59,744 bases of DNA from assembly GCA_021827665.1 (NCBI GenBank), contig JAKAUR010000026.1, forward strand, positions 1 to 59,744, in the 5' to 3' direction. Within the stretch, counting starts at the first letter, position 1. Each line of letters opens with the position of its first letter. Source of the stretch: Candidatus Micrarchaeota archaeon. GTDB taxonomy: Archaea > Micrarchaeota > Micrarchaeia > Micrarchaeales > Micrarchaeaceae. The notes below the pieces were generated by a model. That model worked only from the letters and a program-made list of their open reading frames with translations. It was not told where the DNA came from and did no database searches. Made by a program: the position numbers and the translations under genes. This document shows, one piece after another, positions 17,717-27,793 of the stretch.

Positions 17717-18456
17717 TGGCCTCCAGCGCTAAGCGGAAAAATGCGAAGGCAAAGCCGGGAAATACGATAAGGTCAAAATCCGCAGCAAGGAAGGCAGTAA
17801 AAAAGGAAATGGCTGAAAGGGCTTCAATAAGGTACGCATTCTACATACTTTTGATCGGTTCGATAGTCTCGATATTCTTTTTCCCGTACTTGTATGCCGA
17901 GGGCATAATCGGGATAAACGCTGCAAATGCCGATTCCAGCATAGGTCTGTCGCTCTTTTTCCCGTTGGTAGTGTTCGCATACATGATGGCCAAGGGAAAG
18001 AACCTCAAGCAGATAATAATAGAGCTTGGGCTATCCAGAAGGGCGATTAACAGGAGGGCGCTGGCCTACGGGATAACCGTATTCCTAGCCATACTGCTGC
18101 TCGAGTTCGGCATAGGCGCGTTCCAGGAAATCACGCACATACCGTTGCCGACCAACGTAAGCCAGCTATTGGGCGGTCTTCCGGCGTATTTCTTCGCCTT
18201 CGCGGTCATAGTGGCACCGATAGACGAAGAGATACTCTTCAGGGGCTTTCTGGTCCCGCGCATAGGCATAATACTGAGCGCGCTGATATTCGGCATACTT
18301 CATTTCCTGAGCTATGCCTCCATATCGGAATTCATAGCGGCGTTCGTATTCGGATTGATAGCAGGTTATGCTTTCAAGCGCACCAGGTCGCTGTATTCCA
18401 CGATAATACCGCACATACTGGTGAACGTGCTAGGCATACTTGCGCTTCTGCTTTGA
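17716..18456 (+). CDS. CPBP (CAAX/Abi) family intramembrane metalloprotease
   Basis: EEILFRG, FGILH and PHILVN motifs. ATG overlaps the rps27ae stop. Confidence 0.9.
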   Translation: MASSAKRKNAKAKPGNTIRSKSAARKAVKKEMAERASIRYAFYILLIGSIVSIFFFPYLYAEGIIGINAANADSSIGLSLFFPLVVFAYMMAKGKNLKQIIIELGLSRRAINRRALAYGITVFLAILLLEFGIGAFQEITHIPLPTNVSQLLGGLPAYFFAFAVIVAPIDEEILFRGFLVPRIGIILSALIFGILHFLSYASISEFIAAFVFGLIAGYAFKRTRSLYSTIIPHILVNVLGILALLL

Positions 18457-18473
18457 TATGATTGGTGTACATT

Positions 18474-19184
18474 ATGCAGTTCAGGCTTGTAATAGTTGAA
18501 CCGCACTACCAGATAAACATAGGCTACATGGCCAGGATAGCAAAGAACTTCGGCGTCAACAGGCTTTGGATAGTCAACCCCAAATGCAGGTACAACGGAA
18601 AGAACGCCATAAAGTATTCCAAGCACGCGCATTCCCTGGTTGAGAACGCAAGGATATGCAAGAGCATAGGCGAAGCCACCAGGGGCTTTTCAATAGTCGG
18701 CACTACTGCCATATGGCAGAAAGCCTATTCCGGCATGAGCAACATTTACGAGCTTTCAAATTTCGTCAGCAGATTTGGCTCTGGAAAAATGGGCAGGATT
18801 GCACTAATAATAGGCAGGGACACAACAGGGCTCACAAGCGAGGAGATGTCGGGCTGCGACGCCGTAGTTTATATAGGAGCCAGCGATTCCTATCCCACGC
18901 TCAACATATCCCACGCCCTGGCGATATTGCTCTACGCGCTCAAGGGCAACGTAAGCAAGGCTGCCGCTGAGAATTTCGGAAACGTTTATGCCGGCAACGA
19001 CGAGATTGAAATGCTGCTCGGGCTTTTCAACAGGTTCGTCGAATCCAACAGCGGAATAAGGAAGAAGGAGATGGTTAAGCGCGCCTTCAGGCACATTGTC
19101 GAGCGTTCCGGGCCGACGAAGAGCGAAATAGCCACGCTGCTCGTTGCATTCGGAATAAAAAGAAACAGAAACAGGAAAAGATAG
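18474..19184 (+). CDS. trmJ: SPOUT tRNA 2'-O-methyltransferase, TrmJ family
   Basis: VEPHYQINIGYMARIAKNFG, GRDTTGL and YPTLNISHA motifs. Confidence 0.88.
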   Translation: MQFRLVIVEPHYQINIGYMARIAKNFGVNRLWIVNPKCRYNGKNAIKYSKHAHSLVENARICKSIGEATRGFSIVGTTAIWQKAYSGMSNIYELSNFVSRFGSGKMGRIALIIGRDTTGLTSEEMSGCDAVVYIGASDSYPTLNISHALAILLYALKGNVSKAAAENFGNVYAGNDEIEMLLGLFNRFVESNSGIRKKEMVKRAFRHIVERSGPTKSEIATLLVAFGIKRNRNRKR

Positions 19185-19195
19185 AAAGAGCAGGC

Positions 19196-19570
19196 TCACT
19201 TCGGAGGCTGCTTCTTCGTCTTTATTATCTTTACCTTTGCAGGAGTTATCATTATCTTGTCAGCAGAAAGAAGGCCTATGTCGCCGTTTATCTTTGACGT
19301 GTACTCCTTAAGCTTTGATATTAGATCCTTGCGCGTGTTCTCCCTCTTCATTAGCTCGGAGATGTCGGCTATTATTATGTTCCTCTTGTCCAGCTCGGCC
19401 TCTATATTCGCTATGTCCGCCTCTTCCTTGAGTATCGCAGGCTTTACATAGAAATCCGCTGGCTCGTTCATAACGTCCACGTCTGCCATTTCTTCGGAGT
19501 TCATATACTCCTCTATGTCCAGTTCCTTTGAAGCACCAAGATTCTTACCCATTTTGTCGAAGAAACCCAT
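19196..19570 (-). CDS. sepF: Cell division protein SepF
   Basis: N-terminal amphipathic MGFFDKM, then NIIIADI...INGDIG...ITP. Confidence 0.85.
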   Translation of the reverse strand: MGFFDKMGKNLGASKELDIEEYMNSEEMADVDVMNEPADFYVKPAILKEEADIANIEAELDKRNIIIADISELMKRENTRKDLISKLKEYTSKINGDIGLLSADKIMITPAKVKIIKTKKQPPK

Positions 19571-19766
19571 TTAGTCACCTATCAATAGCTCTAATCGCCT
19601 TTCGATAGCTATTCTATGTTAGTTCTTTTAAATCTTTCGTAATGCCAACGGCTATATGACGAGGTATTCGCACAATCCACTCCTGTACGCTTATGGGCAC
19701 GTATGAAAAGTTTATATATCAAAAAAGGAATAAGATTTAAAAATATGTATTTGTATTCTTATCTAG

Positions 19767-20135
19767 ATGATATACCTAAAGCGCGTTTACGACAAGGTCG
19801 ACATCAGGGACGGCACGCGCATATTGATAGACAAGCTTTGGCCCAGAGGGGTCAGGCGCAGCACTTCCAACATAGACCTGTGGCTCAAGGAGGTAGGGCC
19901 GAGCGACGACCTGAGGAAGTGGTTTGCGCACGAGAACGACAAATGGCCTGAGTTCCGCAGGAGGTACGAGCAGGAGCTGAAGAAGAACCCTGCTTTCGAG
20001 AAGCTCGTTGACATAGCCCTGAGCACGGATCCGATAACTCTGCTCTATGCTGCAAGCGACAAGGACCACAACAACGGAGTCGTGCTCTTCAAGATGCTCA
20101 ACAAGCGCGTAGAACAGATAAAGAAGGCAAAATGA
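19767..20135 (+). CDS. DUF488 family protein
   Basis: KRVYD...DGTRILIDKLWPRG...PSDDLRKWF. Confidence 0.9.
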   Translation: MIYLKRVYDKVDIRDGTRILIDKLWPRGVRRSTSNIDLWLKEVGPSDDLRKWFAHENDKWPEFRRRYEQELKKNPAFEKLVDIALSTDPITLLYAASDKDHNNGVVLFKMLNKRVEQIKKAK

Positions 20136-20139
20136 GCAT

Positions 20140-20553
20140 TTAGAAAAGCTTGTAGTGCTCCTTCATCATGCACCTGTTCATTATGAAAAGCAGGCCGTTG
20201 TCCTCAGCTATCTTTTTCGCCTCGTCGTTGAATATGCCCTCCTGGAGCCACAGCGCCTTCGCCTTTATCTGCACCGCCTGCTTTGCTATCTCTACGGTTT
20301 CTGGGGAAGGCCTGAATACGTCGACCACGTCCACTGGAAGCTTTATGTCCAGCAGGCTTTTGTACGCCTTCTCGCCGAGTATGATGTCTGCACTTGGGTT
20401 TACCGGTATGATTTTGTATCCTGCGGACTGCATGTATTCCGGAACGTCGTGGCTCGGCTTTCCCTCGTTTCGCGAGCACCCCACAACCGCTATCACGTGG
20501 TATTTCGAAAGTATTTCGTAAGCCACCTTGTCTGCTTCGTCCTGCAATCCCAT
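20140..20553 (-). CDS. CoA-binding protein (YccU-like)
   Basis: IAVVGCS, IIPVNP, VDVFRP, LWLQEG and RC motifs. Confidence 0.9.
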   Translation of the reverse strand: MGLQDEADKVAYEILSKYHVIAVVGCSRNEGKPSHDVPEYMQSAGYKIIPVNPSADIILGEKAYKSLLDIKLPVDVVDVFRPSPETVEIAKQAVQIKAKALWLQEGIFNDEAKKIAEDNGLLFIMNRCMMKEHYKLF

Positions 20554-20649
20554 TTCAATCCCGATTATTTATTCGCAAGGGACTTAAATAAAGGTATCTT
20601 TTATTCTGTAATTTAGCTTTTTTCATGCAAAAGATTGATTGGTGTAACG

Positions 20650-21966
20650 ATGGAGGATTATGACGTTGTAGTATGCGGGGGCGGGCCTGCCGGGATTGGT
20701 GCGGCATTGAGCGCTGCAAACCTAGGGCTTAAGACCGCGATAATAGAAAGGCACTTCATGCTCGGCGGCAACTGGACTAACGGCTATGTCCTTTCAGTTC
20801 TCGGCATGTACACGTATGACGGAAAAAGCAAGATAGTTGGGGGAATAGCAGACGAAGTCGTAGAAGAGCTCAAGAAAAACGGCGGAACTAAAGGACAAGC
20901 AGGAAATTTTGTACCCTTCAGGCCTGATGAAATGAAGATTACGCTTGACCTGCTTGCGGAAAAGAAGGGCATAACGGTATATTACGGAAGCCTTGTCAAA
21001 GGTGCCAAGAAGGCCGTAAACCGCATATCCTCAATATACGTATCGGGAAAGAACAATATTGAAGTCAAGGGAAAGTTTTTTATTGATTCGACAGGAGACG
21101 CAGACATGGCTTTTTATTCCGGGGCAAAGACCAGGTCAGGAATGGAAAACTCTGGAACTCATCAGGAAGCAACACTCCCATTTAGAATAGAACGCATAAA
21201 TGAAGAGAGAGTGATATTGTTCTCCATAGAACATCCTGATTTAGTATCAGTAACGGTGAACGAGAAAGGAAGGCTCGAGCGCTTTAGGGTTCTTCCTAGC
21301 TTAGTAAAAGTAGCAAAGGAGAAGTACGGGCTTTACCTTCCTCATGCCAACGCCGAGTTTATGTTTAATACCAGCAAGGAAGGCGAATTTGTCTGCAACG
21401 CAACGCATGTAGACATAGGTGATTTCACAGACGGCAACCAGATGGCGAAAGCCATAGAAGACGCGAGAAAGCAGGTTCTTTCTTCGATCGAATTTTTCAC
21501 GGAGGAGGTTAGCGGATTCGAAGATGCATACCTTATCGATTCCGCACCTTCAATAGGCTTAAGGGAAACGAGAAGGGCAGTGGGGGAGTACGTCCTTAAG
21601 ATGGACGACGTTCTGAACAATGCCAGGTTTGAAGATGCGATAGCAAGATGCGGACACCCGATAGAGGTCCACGATCCGAGCAAGGGGGTACTCTATACGC
21701 ACTTGAAGGGAGGCGACGGCTCTTTCTATGACGTTCCGTATCGCTCGATAGTGGTAAAGGACATAGACAATCTCTTCGCCATAGGCAGATGCCTCAGCGC
21801 TGAGTTCTATGCTCAGGCGAGCGCCAGGGTAACTGGCACGGCAATGGCCATGGGGCAGGCGGCTGCGTCTGCGGCAAAGATAGCGATAGACAAGGAGCTC
21901 AAGGCCAAGGATGTCCCCGTAAAGGAGCTGCAGGACCTGCTCAAGAAAAACGGCGCGATGCTTTAA
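20650..21966 (+). CDS. FAD-dependent oxidoreductase
   Basis: GGGPAG, IDSTGDAD, RETRR, YDVPYRS and GQAA motifs. Confidence 0.88.
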   Translation: MEDYDVVVCGGGPAGIGAALSAANLGLKTAIIERHFMLGGNWTNGYVLSVLGMYTYDGKSKIVGGIADEVVEELKKNGGTKGQAGNFVPFRPDEMKITLDLLAEKKGITVYYGSLVKGAKKAVNRISSIYVSGKNNIEVKGKFFIDSTGDADMAFYSGAKTRSGMENSGTHQEATLPFRIERINEERVILFSIEHPDLVSVTVNEKGRLERFRVLPSLVKVAKEKYGLYLPHANAEFMFNTSKEGEFVCNATHVDIGDFTDGNQMAKAIEDARKQVLSSIEFFTEEVSGFEDAYLIDSAPSIGLRETRRAVGEYVLKMDDVLNNARFEDAIARCGHPIEVHDPSKGVLYTHLKGGDGSFYDVPYRSIVVKDIDNLFAIGRCLSAEFYAQASARVTGTAMAMGQAAASAAKIAIDKELKAKDVPVKELQDLLKKNGAML

Positions 21967-22076
21967 GTTATTTGATCCTTACGCAGAGGTGCCCGAAGAG
22001 ATAAGCCTTATGGTAAGGGCTTCAAATATAAAAAATAAAAAGAAAGGGCGCACTCGCTGCGCCATTTTGCATGCAG

Positions 22077-23285
22077 TCAGCTTTTTCTCTTTCTGCCCCG
22101 TGCAACGGAGCTTACCTTTGCTGCAACCTTTCGGGCCAGCAGCACAGGTGACAGGACCATGGATATGAACTCCAGTATCAGGACTGCAGTCACACCTATA
22201 GCTATCGTAGAGAAGCTGCCGAAGTATCCCCCAAGTATCACAGGGACGAAAGCCACGCCGAGGTTAGTAAAGACGCTGTACATCGATGTCGCAAATCCAG
22301 CCTGCGCAGGATCGGATACGTAGTTCGTAGTCGAAGTCATTGCCATCGACCAATATGCGTTTCCGAAGAAGCCGAACAGGAAGAATCCAGCTGCTATCGC
22401 GGCTATAGCGCTTGTGTACGAAAGCCCAAGCACCATTAGAATGGTTGCCAGGAACATCAGCACGCCGGTGAACACCAGGCCGAGCCTGAACTGCTTGTAT
22501 TTCTCGAACAGCGGCGGCAGTATTATTGCGCCGAGAGCCGAACCTAGGAATGCAAGACCGCCCATGAGCCCCCCATATGACAGCGCGCTTAGCACGCTGA
22601 ACTTGTGAAGGATAAGCACCGTCGATGCTACCCCTCCAAACATTACTGATACTGCAGATATCGAAAGGCCAACGTACCAGTTCTTTATCATTCCGAGCTT
22701 GAACGAGCCCTTAAGCGATTTGCCCTTGTAGAACGTAGGATACCCCTTTATCCCGAATCCTATCCATATCGCGGCTATTATGGCCAGCACTACTGTAGTC
22801 CACAACGCGCCCGACAGGCCAAAATCCGTGAATATACCAGGACCGAGGAATGCGCCGAAAGCCATACCGAGGAACAGCAGGCCAACGCTTATTCCTATTA
22901 CAGTGTGGGATTTGTCCTTGAACATGGAATCCGCAACCGTGCCTACTGGAGCCATTGCAAGCGGGTATGCTATTGCCGCGATTATCCCGGTTATCAGGAA
23001 CGAAATGTAGTTCGGGGATATGGCCCTGCCTATCAGCCCTATGACCGATATTATCGCTGCGGAATACAATGCGGCTTTAACCGTGAATTTTGCCGATATG
23101 TATCCAGCCAGCAGGCCTAGCACCACCATCGTATACCCGTATGCGGATATTAGAAGTATTATTGACGTCAGGTTTACTCCAAAAACTTTGCCCAATATGG
23201 GAACCAACGGAGACAGTATGAACCATCCGAATCCTATCGTAAACAGTAGGAACCAGTATGGAGCCAGTTTAGACCAATTTCCCAT
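22077..23285 (-). CDS. MFS transporter
   Basis: About 12 hydrophobic helices in 402 aa. Confidence 0.85.
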   Translation of the reverse strand: MGNWSKLAPYWFLLFTIGFGWFILSPLVPILGKVFGVNLTSIILLISAYGYTMVVLGLLAGYISAKFTVKAALYSAAIISVIGLIGRAISPNYISFLITGIIAAIAYPLAMAPVGTVADSMFKDKSHTVIGISVGLLFLGMAFGAFLGPGIFTDFGLSGALWTTVVLAIIAAIWIGFGIKGYPTFYKGKSLKGSFKLGMIKNWYVGLSISAVSVMFGGVASTVLILHKFSVLSALSYGGLMGGLAFLGSALGAIILPPLFEKYKQFRLGLVFTGVLMFLATILMVLGLSYTSAIAAIAAGFFLFGFFGNAYWSMAMTSTTNYVSDPAQAGFATSMYSVFTNLGVAFVPVILGGYFGSFSTIAIGVTAVLILEFISMVLSPVLLARKVAAKVSSVARGRKRKS

Positions 23286-23388
23286 TTTCGCACCCTTCTT
23301 ACACGTATTTTACACGTGTATTTGTTTATATAATATAGTTGGATATGTTTAAAAATGCTTGTCAGACAACAAATAAGTGGTATCCAAC

Positions 23389-23757
23389 ATGTATGTGATA
23401 GTAGACACAAGCTCCATGCTGTTCGCAATGGAATCCAGGAAAAGCGCAATTGACACTGTAGAGCTGAAATACCCGGGAAAGGGGATATTGATATCCGAAG
23501 GAGTTATAAAGGAGCTCACAGGCATAGGAAGCGGAAAGGGCAAAAGAGCAGCTACGGCCAGGTCCTGCCTTGAAATACTAAAACTTAAAAATGTTGAAGT
23601 AGATAAGAATAAAGGAAACGTTGACCGCTGGATACTCTCAAGGGCGGGAGAAAGCGACATTTATTGCGTTATTACGAACGATACGGAGCTCTTTAATAGG
23701 CTGCGCTTCAAAAATATAGCGGTCTTCAAGCTTTCGAGGAATGGAATACTCAAGTAG
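23389..23757 (+). CDS. PIN-domain protein (Fcf1-like, rpo7-linked)
   Basis: VIVDTS, EL, VD and ITND motifs, in the typical position upstream of rpo7. Confidence 0.8.
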   Translation: MYVIVDTSSMLFAMESRKSAIDTVELKYPGKGILISEGVIKELTGIGSGKGKRAATARSCLEILKLKNVEVDKNKGNVDRWILSRAGESDIYCVITNDTELFNRLRFKNIAVFKLSRNGILK

Positions 23758-23768
23758 ATGGTGAAATA

Positions 23769-24350
23769 ATGTACTATAATTATTCGATAAAAGACACGTT
23801 CAAAATGGCCCCCGAATACTTTGACGATGATATAGAAGATGTGGCTGTCGAAGTCCTCAGGAACAAGTATGAGGGCACCATAGACAAGGATCTTGGCGTC
23901 ATCATAGCAGTTTACAACGTCAGGGACATAAGCGACGGAATGATTTACCCGGGAGATCCTGCAACGCATCATGAGGTTACTTTCGACATACTCACATACA
24001 TGCCAAAAGTGGACGAGGTAGTGGTGGGCGAGGTCTCGGAGCTCATAGACTTCGGAGCGTTCGTGCGCATAGGACCAATGGAAGGGCTTGTACACGTTTC
24101 GCAGATAACTGATGAATTTATATCCCTGGACAAGAAGATACCTGCGTTCGTTTCCAAGAGGAGCGGAAGGAACCTAAAGAAGGGCGACGTGGTCTATGCA
24201 AAGATCTCAACTGTCAGCATGAAGAATTCAGTGAAGGATTCTAAGATAGCGCTTACCATGAAATCGGACGGGCTTGGAAAGCCAGAATGGTACAGCTCGG
24301 CAATGCAGAACAAGGAGAAGGGACAGAAGAAGGCGAAAGCCAAGAATTGA
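23769..24350 (+). CDS. rpo7: DNA-directed RNA polymerase subunit Rpo7 (E')
   Basis: FGAFVRIGPMEGLVHVSQI S1 domain and GLGKPEW. Confidence 0.95.
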   Translation: MYYNYSIKDTFKMAPEYFDDDIEDVAVEVLRNKYEGTIDKDLGVIIAVYNVRDISDGMIYPGDPATHHEVTFDILTYMPKVDEVVVGEVSELIDFGAFVRIGPMEGLVHVSQITDEFISLDKKIPAFVSKRSGRNLKKGDVVYAKISTVSMKNSVKDSKIALTMKSDGLGKPEWYSSAMQNKEKGQKKAKAKN

Positions 24351-24359
24351 GGGATTGGA

Positions 24360-24551
24360 ATGGAAGAAATGGTATGCAGCAATTGCAGGCTCATAATAAG
24401 CCACGGAGACAAATGCCCGCTGTGCGGGAGCTCGAACCTCACAAGGAGGTGGAGCGGCTATCTCATAGTGCTAAACGCCGACATGTCCGAGATTGCAAAG
24501 AAGCTGGACATAAAGGTCAACAGCGTATTCGCACTGAACATAAAGGATTGA
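24360..24551 (+). CDS. spt4: Transcription elongation factor Spt4 (RpoE'')
   Basis: CSNC...CPLCGS...WSG...SEIAKKL. Confidence 0.92.
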   Translation: MEEMVCSNCRLIISHGDKCPLCGSSNLTRRWSGYLIVLNADMSEIAKKLDIKVNSVFALNIKD

Positions 24552-24571
24552 ATTTTTAAGGGCGGGCAGGT

Positions 24572-25306
24572 TTATTGCTTGCCGCTCTCTTCTTCTTTAT
24601 CCTCTTCATGGCTGTGTACGTGCTCCTCTTCAGAATGCCTTGCGTATTCCTCCTTTATGTACACCTTCTGCAGGCTCTTCATGTAAGCCAATATGGAAGC
24701 CACGAGGCTAGCCCTGTTGACGAAATAATCGGCGTTCTTCTTGACTTCGTCTGAATAGAATATCTCTATCTCGTCCTTCCTGATGTCTATCTTCGAAGGT
24801 TCTACTTCGTACGTTTTGGAAAGGGCCCTGACCTTTTCTTCGTCCGAATCCACCTTCTTGACTACCTTGACTTCGTATTTAATCTTCTTTCCGGCATCCG
24901 GGTGGTTTGCGTCAACCACTACCCTTCCCGATCCAACGCTTACCACGGTCACGGCAACGTTGTCCATGTTTAGCCTCATGCCCGGATACGGATTTATGTT
25001 CTGGACCTTGAACTGCGAAAGAGGCATGACCTTTACCAGGTCAGCGTTCCTATCTCCGAAAGCATCTGCCGGCTCCAATACAAACGACTTTTCCTTGTTC
25101 AGCTCCATGCCCTTGAGCTCTCGCTCCAGGCCCTTAACAACCGCGTTAGAGCCGAGGATCACCAGGGCGGGGCCGTATTTTATGTCCTTGTTGTATACGT
25201 CGTTTTCCTTCGCTATCTTTTCGTCTGTTGTAGCGAGCACGCTGTTGTCAGAGTCGTTGCGTGCCGTATACTCTATCTCTAGGAAATCACCATCGTTGAA
25301 TGCCAT
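24572..25306 (-). CDS. slyD: FKBP-type peptidyl-prolyl cis-trans isomerase (long archaeal SlyD type)
   Basis: DAFG.R, PYPGM and GRVVVDANHP motifs. Confidence 0.88.
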   Translation of the reverse strand: MAFNDGDFLEIEYTARNDSDNSVLATTDEKIAKENDVYNKDIKYGPALVILGSNAVVKGLERELKGMELNKEKSFVLEPADAFGDRNADLVKVMPLSQFKVQNINPYPGMRLNMDNVAVTVVSVGSGRVVVDANHPDAGKKIKYEVKVVKKVDSDEEKVRALSKTYEVEPSKIDIRKDEIEIFYSDEVKKNADYFVNRASLVASILAYMKSLQKVYIKEEYARHSEEEHVHSHEEDKEEESGKQ

Positions 25307-25421
25307 ATTTACACCTAGCAGAGTAATTTATGCCGAATAACTATAAAAAGCTTTCAAGGATAATACTTAATATTATAACAACGCAAGTCTACCTAAAGGC
25401 TTGCACAAAAGGGTCTATTTC

Positions 25422-26039
25422 ATGGGAGAGCAGAAGAGAAAATTGGAGGCCAAGAACACGATACTTTTCCTTGGTTCGCTGGTAGTGGCTATAATGTTCA
25501 TAACTTCATATGCGGCGTCTAGCAACAACAGCAACAGCAGCACGACTACGACCGTGGCTTACAACTACAGCGGCGCCGTTCCAATGACAGGCACGGCCAA
25601 CGCAGTAGTGGCAAACTATACGGATTCCCCCACAATAACCATATCGGGCTCTTCATACAACTCAAGCGAGCTGGCAGTGACGAACTACCTAAACAGCCTG
25701 GAGAACAAAGGGGCCATAATAACCTATTCACCAAGCGGCAACCAGTTCTCTGTGCTGCTCAACGGGAGCTTCAACTCCTTCGAGCTTCAGGAGGGCCTTT
25801 ACAGCAGGTTCGGCAGCAATGCCACAGTAGGAGGCACCGTTTACATAAGGCTGCCCAAAACCGTCAGGATGTATGATGGCACGCAGGGCTTCACGCTAAA
25901 TGCTCCGACTTCAGAGTACGCAGTTAAGATAAGCCCGCTGCCTGAGCTTGGCAGCAACGTGAGCGTCCACATACTAGCACTGATAAGCTCGAAGGGCCAG
26001 TTCGTGCCCAACCAGACCGACGTAACGGTGCTGGGCTGA
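25422..26039 (+). CDS. Membrane-anchored Ser/Thr/Asn-rich hypothetical protein
   Basis: N-terminal TM helix and glycosylation sequons. Confidence 0.7.
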   Translation: MGEQKRKLEAKNTILFLGSLVVAIMFITSYAASSNNSNSSTTTTVAYNYSGAVPMTGTANAVVANYTDSPTITISGSSYNSSELAVTNYLNSLENKGAIITYSPSGNQFSVLLNGSFNSFELQEGLYSRFGSNATVGGTVYIRLPKTVRMYDGTQGFTLNAPTSEYAVKISPLPELGSNVSVHILALISSKGQFVPNQTDVTVLG

Positions 26040-26063
26040 GCTCGGATCCACCGGTGGTTTGAT

Positions 26064-27788
26064 TTGGCAAGCGATGAACTGCGTGAGCTCATAAGGAAGC
26101 ACGCGCTAAAGAATGCTATGGATTACGGAAAGGCTGACCCGTCGATAGTATTGAACAAGACCATAGCCGCGGCAAAGAAAGATGGCATGGCAATACCCCA
26201 TCTCAGAGAAGAGATAGAGCGTGTTGTCAAAGAAGTAAATTTAATGGGCAAGGATGAGCTTGAAAAAAGCTATGGGGCTTATTCTGCGGAATTTGAAAGC
26301 GCCGACAAGGAGAAAAAGGAGAAGAGCGCGAAGCCAAGAATGGTATTAGAAGGGGCTGCCGAAGGCGATTTCGCCACCAGGTTTCCTCCGGAGCCCAACG
26401 GCTACATGCACATAGGCCACGCAAAGCCGCTGTTTCTTGAAGCGGCCTTCAGGGACATATACAGGGGGAAGCTCTTCCTGTATTTCGACGATACAAACCC
26501 TAAAAAGGAGAAGCAGGAATATGTGGACGCAATAAAGAAGGACCTCGAATGGCTGGGCGTGGAATTCGACAAGGAGTACTACGCCAGCGACAGCGTGCCT
26601 AAGACCTACGAGCTTTGCAGGAAGCTTATAAGGGAGGGAAACGCGTATGCGTGCTCGTGCAGCGCCGAAGAGATAAAGAGGCTTAGATTCGAGGGCAAAG
26701 CCTGTGTGCACAGGGATAGGCCTGCCGGCGAAAGCCTTGAGATATTCGAAGGCATATTGTCCAACAGCTACACGAAAGACGATGTGGTCATAAGATTTAG
26801 GGGAGACATGGGAGCGGACAACACCACTCTCAGGGACCCAAACATATTCAGGATAGTCAGGGAAAAGCACTACAGACAGGGTGACAAGTACGTACTGTGG
26901 CCCACCTATTCCTTCAATACCCCGATAAACGATTCCCTGAACGGGGTCACGGACGTCATAAGGAGCAAGGAATACGAGCTGGGGGACGAGCTTTACAGGA
27001 TGGTGCTTAAGGCCCTTGGGCTACGCACGCCAAGACTCCACCTCGAATCAAGGTTCAATATAGAGGGCAATGTGACTTCAAAGAGAAAACTGGTCGAATG
27101 GATAAGCAAGGGCCTGATAACAGGGTTCGATGACCCGAGACTGGTAACCATATCCGCATTGAGGAGGCGCGGCATAGTGCCGGCCGCAATAAGGGAATTC
27201 GTCCTCAGGCAGGGCATGAGCAAGGTAGACAGCACGATGAGGCTGTCGATGCTCCTGGACGAAAACAAGAAGCTTGTCGACGAGAAGGCAAAAAGGCTGT
27301 TCTTCGTCACAGAACCAGTCGAGCTGAATTTCAGGGACGGCAGCATAGGAAGCGTAAGCATACCGCTGCACCCAAGCAATGCCAGCCTTGGAAGCAGGGA
27401 CTATTACATAAAGGGCAGCCACGTTATAGTAAACAGCGAGGACGCTGAGAACTATTCGGAAAAGGAAGTGAGACTCAAGGGGATAGGAGTAGTGAGGCTT
27501 GAGAAAAAGGATGGAGTTTATTATGCAGAGCGCGTCGCAGGAGCTAAGGGTTACGTCAACACCATACAGTGGATACCCGAGGATTCACAGGATGCTACGG
27601 TAATAATACCTGGAAACCCTGCAAACCCAGATGGCGAATTCGACCCGGAAAGCATGAAGGAGATAACCGGAAGGATAGAGCCTTACGCTTCGAAGCTTGA
27701 TAAGGGAGAAGTTGTGCAGCTCGAGAGGTTCGGGTTCGCGACAATCGACGGCAAGGATCCTATGCACCTAATATTCATGACAAAATAA
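26064..27788 (+). CDS. gltX: Glutamate--tRNA ligase
   Basis: TRFPPEPNGYMHIGHAK, FDDTNP and QLERFGF motifs. Confidence 0.96.
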   Translation: MASDELRELIRKHALKNAMDYGKADPSIVLNKTIAAAKKDGMAIPHLREEIERVVKEVNLMGKDELEKSYGAYSAEFESADKEKKEKSAKPRMVLEGAAEGDFATRFPPEPNGYMHIGHAKPLFLEAAFRDIYRGKLFLYFDDTNPKKEKQEYVDAIKKDLEWLGVEFDKEYYASDSVPKTYELCRKLIREGNAYACSCSAEEIKRLRFEGKACVHRDRPAGESLEIFEGILSNSYTKDDVVIRFRGDMGADNTTLRDPNIFRIVREKHYRQGDKYVLWPTYSFNTPINDSLNGVTDVIRSKEYELGDELYRMVLKALGLRTPRLHLESRFNIEGNVTSKRKLVEWISKGLITGFDDPRLVTISALRRRGIVPAAIREFVLRQGMSKVDSTMRLSMLLDENKKLVDEKAKRLFFVTEPVELNFRDGSIGSVSIPLHPSNASLGSRDYYIKGSHVIVNSEDAENYSEKEVRLKGIGVVRLEKKDGVYYAERVAGAKGYVNTIQWIPEDSQDATVIIPGNPANPDGEFDPESMKEITGRIEPYASKLDKGEVVQLERFGFATIDGKDPMHLIFMTK

Positions 27789-27793
27789 AGGCT

